The notes under the pieces were generated by a model that saw only the letters and a program-made list of their open reading frames with translations, made no database searches and was not told where the DNA came from. Source: a virus. Taken from it: a stretch of 59,154 bases of DNA. Positions 52,962 to 59,154 of the stretch are shown here, piece by piece. The DNA is taken from IMG/VR virus record IMGVR_UViG_3300034072_000679, positions 1 to 59,154 of that record; one strand, written 5' to 3'. How positions within the stretch are numbered: the first letter of the stretch is position 1; every line of letters starts with the position of its first letter. Both the position numbers and the translations under genes were made by a program.

Positions 52962-53631
52962 AACCCCCTCAGCCCTTGACGCGGCTTGCGCGCTTGACCC
53001 GTGCAAGACTCACAGGGCGTTCCGTTTCTTGCCCGAGTATATGCCCGCCGGGTTCCGTTGCAGCGATTGCGGACAGGTGAAACCGTTCAAGCTGGGGGGC
53101 GGTACCGGGTACGCCCGGACAGGCGAGGGCGAGGGCGAGGCGTTCGCCTGTTACGATTGCGCGAGCCTCAGGGAGCGGGCGGCCATGATGGCGCGCGGCG
53201 AGGCTTGGCTGTACCTTACGGGCCTTCCCTGCGGCGGGTTGCCCGCCTCGGGCGAGCCGCTGCGAATCACGGATTGGCCCGGCGGCCTATCGTTTCCCGT
53301 GTCCGCCTATTGGACGGGCCGCCATAACTGGGGCGGGCGTGTCCATTTTGTGCGCTTTACGGGTCCGGACGGTGGCGAGTGGAGCGGGCGCAATCTGGGG
53401 GACTCTCAGATATGCCGAGTCCGCCGGTTGAAAGCGCAAGGGCGCGGGCGGGTGGCCGTAAGCTATCTGCACCCGGACGCGGCCCGCCCTGCAATCCTCG
53501 CCCGGTTTCCGGGCGTTCCTGAGGCTGAATCGTGGATTGCCAGACAGGCGCAACGGGACCCGGCGGGCGTTGCGGCTGGGCACTATGGAATCGACGCGCC
53601 CGAGGCCCTGCTAAACAAGGGGGGCCGCTGA
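52948..53631 (+). CDS. Hypothetical Cys-rich protein
   Basis: ATG after CCAAGGAGTC; CSDCG...CYDC. Confidence 0.55.
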   Translation: MRVFETPSALDAACALDPCKTHRAFRFLPEYMPAGFRCSDCGQVKPFKLGGGTGYARTGEGEGEAFACYDCASLRERAAMMARGEAWLYLTGLPCGGLPASGEPLRITDWPGGLSFPVSAYWTGRHNWGGRVHFVRFTGPDGGEWSGRNLGDSQICRVRRLKAQGRGRVAVSYLHPDAARPAILARFPGVPEAESWIARQAQRDPAGVAAGHYGIDAPEALLNKGGR

Positions 53632-53632
53632 T

Positions 53633-53863
53633 ATGGCCCGCCTTGACCCATGGGCGGCCCGCGCAATCCTTACGGTGGCGGGTTGCAGCATCGACTCGGA
53701 TTTCCACGCCCTCAGCACGGCAAAGGTTGAGGCCCTGCGGGTGCAGGCGGACGCGCGAGGCTATCGGAAACCGAAAAACGCAAACGGCTCGCGCCTGCGG
53801 TATTTTCACGCCTATTGCGTGAGACAGGCGCGAAAAACCCTCAGCAAGGAGTCCGGGCAATGA
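53633..53863 (+). CDS. Small hypothetical protein
   Basis: 76 aa ORF. Confidence 0.5.
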   Translation: MARLDPWAARAILTVAGCSIDSDFHALSTAKVEALRVQADARGYRKPKNANGSRLRYFHAYCVRQARKTLSKESGQ

Positions 53864-54132
53864 ACAGCGGACAGATTCACAGGTTCCGGGATTCCGTGGC
53901 GGCCTATATCGGCACGGGCGCAACAGTCTACATGACACCCGGCGAGGCGCGGGCCATGGCGCGGGCGTTGAACCGGGCCGCCCGTTCCGTGGAGCGGGAA
54001 CCGTTCGCCCGTTCCGCAGGCGTAACGACTCAACTCACCTTTGCCGATTGGCATAGGTCCGGCGAATCCATGCCGGAAATTGCCCGCGATGAAACCGGGC
54101 GAGCCGTCCGCCGGAAAAGGGGGGCCGCCTGA
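53860..54132 (+). CDS. Small hypothetical protein
   Basis: ATGA overlap with upstream stop; AAGGAGTC upstream. Confidence 0.5.
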   Translation: MNSGQIHRFRDSVAAYIGTGATVYMTPGEARAMARALNRAARSVEREPFARSAGVTTQLTFADWHRSGESMPEIARDETGRAVRRKRGAA

Positions 54133-54377
54133 TGGCCGTGGAAATCATTTCCGGACGTAAGGTCCGGGTTTCACCCGAGGGCGTGGCGAGCTTTAACCGG
54201 GCGTGGCCCTGTTCAACCCTCAGGGCGAGCCGCGCATATTGGTTTGAGTTCGATTCGCGCGGCGATCTAATCGACACGGATTGTCCGGAATCGGATGATG
54301 GCCCGGCGGCCCTCGCCCTTGCTGAGGATTGCAAGGCGTACCTGTTCAACGGAACGCGGCCTATTTGGGCCGCCTGA
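54132..54377 (+). CDS. Small hypothetical protein
   Basis: 81 aa ORF, ATG overlaps upstream TGA. Confidence 0.5.
   Translation: MAVEIISGRKVRVSPEGVASFNRAWPCSTLRASRAYWFEFDSRGDLIDTDCPESDDGPAALALAEDCKAYLFNGTRPIWAA
54141..54151. repeat. GAAATSATTTC palindrome copy
   Basis: GTGGAAATCATTTCCGGA; read V-E-I-I-S; the only perfect copy inside the island. Confidence 0.9.
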
Positions 54378-54399
54378 GATCACACAAGGAGTCCAAGCT

Positions 54400-55047
54400 A
54401 TGCGCTATCAGGTAACAGAACTTTGCACGGCAACGCCCGGAATGGAACGCCTCAGGAATCGGGATGAATTTATTCTGATTGCGTACCCCTCAGGTCCGGA
54501 ACGGGTGGCCGACTCGTTGCGTCAACTCAAGGCGGACCTGCAAACCTGTGACAGGCCCGAGGGTTTCGGATATCAGGCCGCCCGCGATGCAATCGACAAA
54601 TGGGCCGCCGAGGGCGGGCGCGATATGGTGCAGGCCGCCCTTGCGGCTATCGACTGGCAAGGGCTGGGGGACTCGGATGACTGGGGCGAGGACTCGCCTA
54701 TCGTCCGCCTGTTTGTGCGGGACCTATGGGCGGACGGCTCGCCCGTGGTTTTCACGTACACGGAATCGCGGGACCCTCGGGCAGAATGGTACGCTGTACA
54801 CGCCTGCGGCGGTATCTCGCGCCCGGACAATCCCGGCGGCCCTCGGGTTCCGTCCGGGCAATGGCAATTCACGGGCCTTGCGAACGGCCACGGGCGGACC
54901 GTGTACACGCTGGACTCCTTGCTTGAGGCCCTGAGGGCGGGCGAGGAAATCCCGCGCGGCAAGTTGCGAGTCTGTGACCTTGACCACGGGACCCGCCGAA
55001 TCCATGGCGCGCGGGTGCAGTATCTCGCCCGAGGTCCGGGCCTGTGA
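54400..55047 (+). CDS. Hypothetical protein
   Basis: ATG 54400 after the conserved junction; 215 aa. Confidence 0.55.
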   Translation: MRYQVTELCTATPGMERLRNRDEFILIAYPSGPERVADSLRQLKADLQTCDRPEGFGYQAARDAIDKWAAEGGRDMVQAALAAIDWQGLGDSDDWGEDSPIVRLFVRDLWADGSPVVFTYTESRDPRAEWYAVHACGGISRPDNPGGPRVPSGQWQFTGLANGHGRTVYTLDSLLEALRAGEEIPRGKLRVCDLDHGTRRIHGARVQYLARGPGL

Positions 55048-55163
55048 AAGCTCGCCCGGATATCCGCCGGGCCGCCCGTGCTAAGGCTCGCCGGGCGGCC
55101 CTGTTGCGGGCACTATGGGCGCGGCATGGCCCGGACGGGCGAGAGATCGCCCGGACAGTCTAA
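55044..55163 (+). CDS. Small Arg-rich hypothetical protein (39 aa)
   Basis: GTG overlaps upstream TGA (GTGA); followed by a strong terminator. Confidence 0.3.
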   Translation: MKARPDIRRAARAKARRAALLRALWARHGPDGREIARTV

Positions 55164-55167
55164 CGGC

Positions 55168-55206
55168 AAAGGCCGCTGGGGAAACCCGGCGGCCTTTACC
55201 TTTTGG
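55168..55206 (+). terminator. Rho-independent terminator
   Basis: AAAGGCCGCTGGG-GAAA-CCCGGCGGCCTTT then ACCTTTTGG. Confidence 0.75.
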
Positions 55207-55269
55207 CAACGGGTGGCCCGTATCATGGCCCTACGGGCCACGGTGGCCCGCCATGCAAGGAGTCTGTTT

Positions 55270-55419
55270 ATGCGCTTTTCTCTTACCCGCTCGCCCGCCC
55301 GCCCGGACCTCGCCCGCGTGGTCCCGTATACCGGGCCGCTGTACAATCGCCACGGGCGCGAGATCGCGCCTGCAATCGTTTCCCCCTATGCGGGCGGCCC
55401 TGTCCGCCCGTGCTGCTAA
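55270..55419 (+). CDS. Small hypothetical protein
   Basis: ATG after CAAGGAGTC; 49 aa. Confidence 0.35.
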   Translation: MRFSLTRSPARPDLARVVPYTGPLYNRHGREIAPAIVSPYAGGPVRPCC

Positions 55420-55433
55420 GGGAAGGCGGACCC

Positions 55434-55619
55434 ATGGCGCAATTCATGCAAACGAACGGCCACCCGGCGAGGGCGGCCACCTATGCCGAGGCGGCCTATT
55501 TTGACGGGTACGCCTTTGCCCATATCGCCGCGCAACAGGAACGGGAACGCCTCGCCCGTGCTGAGATCGCAGGCGCGCGCCTCGCCCGGATGGCCGCAAG
55601 GGAAGGGGGCCGCCTGTGA
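55434..55619 (+). CDS. Small hypothetical protein
   Basis: ATG after GGGAAGG; 61 aa. Confidence 0.4.
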   Translation: MAQFMQTNGHPARAATYAEAAYFDGYAFAHIAAQQERERLARAEIAGARLARMAAREGGRL

Positions 55620-55753
55620 CCTCGCAACAAATAGCGGACCTCGCCCTAGTGGCGGACAGGGAACGCAAGGCGGCCCTTGCCCGAGGCGATAGGGCCGCCG
55701 CTGAGAGGGCCGCCGCTGAGATCGCCACGCTATGCGATAGCTTGCCCGCCTGA
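55616..55753 (+). CDS. Small hypothetical protein
   Basis: GTG overlaps upstream TGA (GTGA); 45 aa. Confidence 0.3.
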   Translation: MTSQQIADLALVADRERKAALARGDRAAAERAAAEIATLCDSLPA

Positions 55754-55775
55754 GGCCCGGACAATCGGGCGCAAT

Positions 55776-55811
55776 GGGGCCGCTGGGGAAACCCGGCGGC
55801 CCTTTTCTTTT
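55776..55811 (+). terminator. Rho-independent terminator, near copy of the 55168 hairpin
   Basis: GGGGCCGCTGGG-GAAA-CCCGGCGGCCC then TTTTCTTTT. Confidence 0.75.
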
Positions 55812-56054
55812 GCCCGCAAACAGGGCGAGCCGTAGGGCCGCCTGTAGGGCCTCAGGATTGCACGAAAATGATTCAGCTAGGGGCATGGCGGGCCGCCCTG
55901 AATCATTACGCAAAGGGCCTCAGAATGGCCGCTAGGCCCTGATTCATTTGCCAAGGGGGTTTTAGGTACTACGGGCGAGCGGGCCGCCGGGCGGTGGGGG
56001 CGCTGAGCCGCTTTTCTTCTGACATTCCGGATTTCGCGTATGACCTCGCTATTG

Positions 56055-56065
56055 GAAATGATTTC
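56055..56065. repeat. GAAATSATTTC palindrome copy
   Basis: TTGGAAATGATTTCCGTG; non-coding hub. Confidence 0.9.
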
Positions 56066-56097
56066 CGTGATCCTGCTCGACCGATATCCCGGATCGC

Positions 56098-56108
56098 GAA
56101 ATCATTTC
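56098..56108. repeat. GAAATSATTTC palindrome copy
   Basis: CGCGAAATCATTTCCAGA; 43 bp from the previous copy. Confidence 0.9.
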
Positions 56109-56403
56109 CAGACTTGCCCCGGATATGCGCTGAGATCGTGCAGGCAGAGGGACCCTATAGGCGATTCCGGGTTCCGAGATAGGTTCATGAATCAGAAACC
56201 TATTTCAGTTGCATTTTGCAACCGGGGGCAAGATCGAACGAAAACCCCTACTTCACCCTGCCAGAAAAAATTTTCACGTTTGTTAGGTATATCGGACTTA
56301 ACGATTTGAAATTTTTCTCTACATGTGGACTTCAGATTTTATGGTTTTCTTGCCCCTTTAGGGGGTTATATCGAAAAAAGTACAGGAAATCAGGATTTTG
56401 CTA

Positions 56404-56548
56404 GGGGCAAGATCAGGGGCAAGATCAGGGGCAAGATTGATCTTGCCCCTCGCGGGTCGGACAATCTGATTCATTTTCCCCCTCCCAGTGGCCGCTGAAT
56501 CAGGGGCACGATTGATCTTGCCCCTGATCTTGCCCCTGATCTTGCCCC
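56404..56548. repeat. Iteron array GGGGCAAGATCA arranged as a 46-bp inverted repeat pair
   Basis: Left arm 56404-56449 has three direct plus one inverted unit. Right arm 56503-56548 has one direct (GGGGCACGAT) plus three inverted units. Extra units at 56225-56236 and 56348-56356. Confidence 0.9.
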
Positions 56549-56655
56549 CGGTTGCATTTTGAAACCTATAAGTGATTCAGACATAACGGGGCTTGATTCT
56601 GATTCAGAAATTCGCTAGGGCCGGAAAGTCGAAGCCGAACGAGTGAGTCGAGTTC

Positions 56656-57480
56656 ATGATCCTGTATACCCGCAAAGGCGAAGCTCTCCGTGTCACCAGC
56701 CGCGACGAGAAGGGCAATCCGATCTCCGTGCAGGATCGCACCTGTTGGCGCTGCGGCGGCTTGGGTGGTGCTGAGGCTTGGCGACACACTGGCTGGACGT
56801 GCTACCGCTGTGGCGGTACTGGGCGCGATCCCGTGCAAGAGCGTGTCCGTCTCTACACTCCCGAGCAGAACGCGAAGCTGGACGCGGCAGCCGAGAAGCG
56901 GGCCGCCAAGAAGGCCGCTGCTCGTGCCGAAGCCGAGCGGATCGAGCAGGAGCGCCGGGATCGCGAGCGAGCGGAAATCATTTCCACCAATCAGGGCTTC
57001 ATCGCCCGGATCGACGCGGAACTGGCGCACGGCGAGAGTGAGTTCCTGCAATCGGTGCGTGACAGGATCGTCGAGCAGGCCAAGGAGCCGACCGATGCCC
57101 AGATCAGCAAGGTCAATGAGGTCATCGAGCGCAACGAGAAAGAACGCGTTCGGCTGGCAGCCGCTCGTCACGTTGGCGAGATCAAGGAGCGCCGTGTGTT
57201 CGATCTCACTCTGGTCCATACCCAGACCCGGCTGGTGAGCGAGTATCCGCATATCTATTCGCACTGGAGCTTGTTCACCGACGAGAACGGCTGCAAGATC
57301 GCCTGCAAGTCGGCCCCCGGCGTGATCGGCCTCAAGAAGGAAACGCTGGAAGGCGAGACTTGGGACCAGCGGCGCTATCTCAAAGGAGCCAAGGTTCGCG
57401 TTAAGGCCACCGTGGTCGAACACACCTACGACAAGAACGGCGAACCGATCACCTACATCAACCGACCGAAGGCGGCCTGA
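56656..57480 (+). CDS. DnaJ-type CxxCxGxG zinc-finger protein with coiled coil
   Basis: CWRCGGLG and CYRCGGTG motifs, charged helical middle, beta-rich C-terminus; first gene after the non-coding hub. Confidence 0.6.
   Translation: MILYTRKGEALRVTSRDEKGNPISVQDRTCWRCGGLGGAEAWRHTGWTCYRCGGTGRDPVQERVRLYTPEQNAKLDAAAEKRAAKKAAARAEAERIEQERRDRERAEIISTNQGFIARIDAELAHGESEFLQSVRDRIVEQAKEPTDAQISKVNEVIERNEKERVRLAAARHVGEIKERRVFDLTLVHTQTRLVSEYPHIYSHWSLFTDENGCKIACKSAPGVIGLKKETLEGETWDQRRYLKGAKVRVKATVVEHTYDKNGEPITYINRPKAA
56974..56984. repeat. GAAATSATTTC palindrome copy
   Basis: GCGGAAATCATTTCCACC; read A-E-I-I-S. Confidence 0.9.
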
Positions 57481-57481
57481 T

Positions 57482-57610
57482 ATGGGGCCACCGCCCGCCG
57501 CTCTTGCCCAGTTCGCAGAGAAAGCGGAGAGAGCGAAGTTCGAGCAATCTGTTGAGGCGTTTCTGCGCCTGATCTGCCCCGAGGAGGAGTACACCCGTGG
57601 ACAATGGTAA
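57482..57610 (+). CDS. Small hypothetical protein (42 aa)
   Basis: ATG 57482 just after upstream stop; below the ORF-track cut-off; overlaps next start. Confidence 0.3.
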   Translation: MGPPPAALAQFAEKAERAKFEQSVEAFLRLICPEEEYTRGQW

Positions 57611-57806
57611 TCAGACTGACCGCGAAAATCTTGAAAAGCTGGCAGGGAGCGCCCGCGATCTTCTGGCGCTGCAAAAGACGCAGCGCCTCACGCAGGCCCA
57701 GATGATTCGGGCTTGCATCAAACAGTTGCGTAAGCCAGAACCGGCTGAACGCGAAAAGGCGCTCGTCGCTCTGGGTCAACTCGCCGACATGCTGGAGAAG
57801 GAATAA
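57597..57806 (+). CDS. Small hypothetical protein
   Basis: GTG after GGAGGAG; 69 aa helical. Confidence 0.45.
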   Translation: MDNGNQTDRENLEKLAGSARDLLALQKTQRLTQAQMIRACIKQLRKPEPAEREKALVALGQLADMLEKE

Positions 57807-58438
57807 TGGAAATCGTTTCGCAGGGTATCGTCTACATCCTCGTGATGGTGGTCTCGTCGCTGATCGGCTGGGTCGCCTTCCGTCGGCTTCATGTCTGGCT
57901 GCGGAAGCGGGCCAAGGTCGAGGTCGAGATCAGGCATCTCCGAGACGAGGCGGTCCGGCGCGATCTGGCGCGGTTCCTCGAACGCAACAAGGTCGTCGGT
58001 GATGCCGACATCCGGCAGGGCTTCGTGTTTGCCCCGGTGCCTCCGGAGAAGCTGGAGCCGCTGGCTGTTGCTCTGGGTAACGCGGTGTCGATCCTCCGGA
58101 CCTTGCCGAATCTCTCGGCTGACGTACTGTACGTCAAGAAGAAGGACGGCAGCCTGTCCATGATCGACCTCGATCTGGACCACCTGATCGACGCGGCTCG
58201 CGTGATGCAACGCGTGGCCGAGGATCACCGTAAGTCGCGCTCCCTGTACAAAGGGATCACCGACGACGAGATCAAGGCGATGGTCCGTGCGGGGCTGTCT
58301 CAGTGGCTCAAGGACGACGGCGAGTTCGGTGACTCGAACGCGGTCATGCAGGGTCTCTGGGACGAGCGCCCCGAATTTCTCATGGCGATGCGAGTCGTCG
58401 AACTGCTTTACAAGGTGAAGGGAGCAAGCAATGGCTGA
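57806..58438 (+). CDS. Membrane-anchored hypothetical protein
   Basis: N-terminal TM IVYILVMVVSSLIGWVAF; 210 aa. Confidence 0.6.
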   Translation: MEIVSQGIVYILVMVVSSLIGWVAFRRLHVWLRKRAKVEVEIRHLRDEAVRRDLARFLERNKVVGDADIRQGFVFAPVPPEKLEPLAVALGNAVSILRTLPNLSADVLYVKKKDGSLSMIDLDLDHLIDAARVMQRVAEDHRKSRSLYKGITDDEIKAMVRAGLSQWLKDDGEFGDSNAVMQGLWDERPEFLMAMRVVELLYKVKGASNG

Positions 58439-58628
58439 GAAGCCGGTACAGACGAACGCAGGGCCGTTCACCCGTAAGCGGCTGGAGAGCCTGCAAGCGG
58501 TCATCAAGGATCAGGATCGCGATGCCGTCGTCCAGTTCGAGGGACAGGAGCTTTTGGTGAGCTACGGCCAGTACCTCGCCGAGTACGTCGAGATCGAGTT
58601 CGGCAAGCGCAACACGAGGGGGTTGTGA
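58431..58628 (+). CDS. Small hypothetical protein
   Basis: 65 aa ORF; ends NTRGL. Confidence 0.5.
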   Translation: MAEKPVQTNAGPFTRKRLESLQAVIKDQDRDAVVQFEGQELLVSYGQYLAEYVEIEFGKRNTRGL

Positions 58629-58921
58629 TGGAAGAAGCACTCGAAATCCCGAACCGGCTGTCTATCGAGCATGACAGCCGTTACTATACGCCGCTCGGGT
58701 CCTACATCGGGGTCCGTTTCAAGGGCGAGGATGTCACTGGACGAGTTGTCGAGTACAACCGTTCGATGAAGTGGGTTCGGCTCGTCCACCCCGATCTCGC
58801 GGGCAAGCCGCTGACGCGCGAACAGGTGCGGCAAGCCGAGATGCGCGTCGGCGAGGTCGAGACGTACTGGCGCAGCCAGCCGAGCCGTCAGGTCCGGCGG
58901 CAACTGGCGAGGAAGGCATAA
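58625..58921 (+). CDS. DUF3297-like protein (tentative)
   Basis: RLSIEHDSRYY...IGVRFKGEDVTGRVVEYN...WVRL pattern. Confidence 0.5.
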   Translation: MMEEALEIPNRLSIEHDSRYYTPLGSYIGVRFKGEDVTGRVVEYNRSMKWVRLVHPDLAGKPLTREQVRQAEMRVGEVETYWRSQPSRQVRRQLARKA

Positions 58922-59154
58922 TGGCGGTCAACGATAAGCTCGGCACGGTTGAGGAAATGCGGGCGTGGGCGCAGTCGATCATCGACTCGCGGCCTCCGGA
59001 CTTCACTATCGAGGATGGTGACAAGCAGCCGTACATGCACCGCTGGTTCGTGGTGCCCCGGAACCCGGCGGGCGGCTGCTACATCCACCAGATAGTCCGT
59101 AGCGACAAGGACGTGCATCACGATCACCCTTGGGACAACACCAGCTATGTTCTC
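58921..59154 (+). CDS. 5' part of the junction-spanning gene (continues at 128..394 of the circle)
   Basis: ATG 58921 (TAATG with upstream stop); no stop before the window end; in frame with ORF 8..394. Confidence 0.7.
   Translation, partial: MAVNDKLGTVEEMRAWAQSIIDSRPPDFTIEDGDKQPYMHRWFVVPRNPAGGCYIHQIVRSDKDVHHDHPWDNTSYVL
59028..59154. repeat. Terminal direct repeat, second copy of 1-127
   Basis: Identical by eye to bases 1-127. Confidence 0.95.

Larger units (their letters stand above)
55869..56607. repeat. Cluster of eight or nine [C]TGA[A/T]TCA[G] palindromes, each containing a GANTC site
   Basis: Copies at 55869, 55898, 55939, 56188, 56466, 56495, 56573, 56594 (partial), 56599. Confidence 0.8.

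Noticed and set aside
55994-56182. A 62-codon ORF in the non-coding hub that contains both palindrome copies (IGNDFRD and AKSFPD).
   Set aside because: It has a GTG start without a convincing SD and low third-position GC compared with real genes here. It lies amid regulatory repeats, so I treat it as non-coding. Translation is not excluded.
2523-56984. The palindrome as a Dam (GATC), CcrM (GANTC) or XmnI-type (GAAN4TTC) site.
   Set aside because: GAAATSATTTC contains neither GATC nor GANTC. Its GAA...TTC arms are spaced by 5 nt, not 4. No known methylation or restriction site explains it.
394-58921. A JAMM/MPN metalloprotease motif in the HHDHPWD protein, which would have linked to the GGL tails.
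   Set aside because: The spacing between the His pair and the following Ser/Asp does not fit HxHx7Sx2D. The upstream Glu is also not evident.
59028-59154. The 127-bp terminal repeat as a biological direct terminal repeat.
   Set aside because: Its length is typical of an assembler k-mer overlap, and a gene reads straight through it. It is more likely a circularisation artefact, but this needs read-level confirmation.
1-59154. tRNA genes, an integrase or excisionase, a CI-type repressor module, and toxin-antitoxin or known defence systems.
   Set aside because: I found no cloverleaf-like sequences, no tyrosine or serine recombinase motifs and no recognisable defence-system signatures by eye. 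The lifestyle therefore cannot be called temperate from this sequence.

Overview
The window is a complete tailed-phage genome assembled as a circle. Bases 1-127 are identical to 59028-59154, so the unit length is 59,027 bp, and one gene (58921..394) crosses the junction. GC is high, roughly 60-65% by eye. I found no tRNA, CRISPR array or integrase.

Layout:
- A rightward block (4138-39065) holds a DUF2800 nuclease, a DUF2815 protein, family-A DNA polymerase, methyltransferase, VRR-NUC and SNF2 replication module. It continues with lambda-like packaging and head genes (TerS, TerL GpA-type, gpW, portal, S49 protease with nested scaffold, gpD-like, gpE-like).
- The same block then carries a siphovirus tail with a GGGAAAG G/GT frameshift, a tape measure and GTA-like distal tail genes (DUF2163/BR0599, DUF2793). 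It ends with a lysis cassette (three membrane proteins, GH19 endolysin, overlapping spanins).
- A leftward accessory block (39186-49556) encodes SLOG, ParB-like, GapR-like (DUF2312), MazG, an R67-type (DfrB) dihydrofolate reductase, a Spo11/Topo VI-A-like protein and an acyl carrier protein.
- A compositionally distinct rightward island of hypothetical genes spans 50159-55753.
- Two repeat-dense non-coding hubs lie at 49557-50158 and 55754-56655.
- A leftward primase-helicase operon spans 1026-3975.

GapR-like and GTA-like genes point to an alphaproteobacterial host.

The two strongest unexplained signals:
1. There are 22 perfect copies of the AT-rich palindrome GAAAT[C/G]ATTTC spread across coding and non-coding DNA. 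The same DNA word is kept in three reading frames.
2. An acidic C-terminal tail ending in GGL (or NGL/EGL) is shared by at least eight otherwise unrelated, mostly DNA-handling proteins.

All family assignments come from motif recognition by eye, not from searches.
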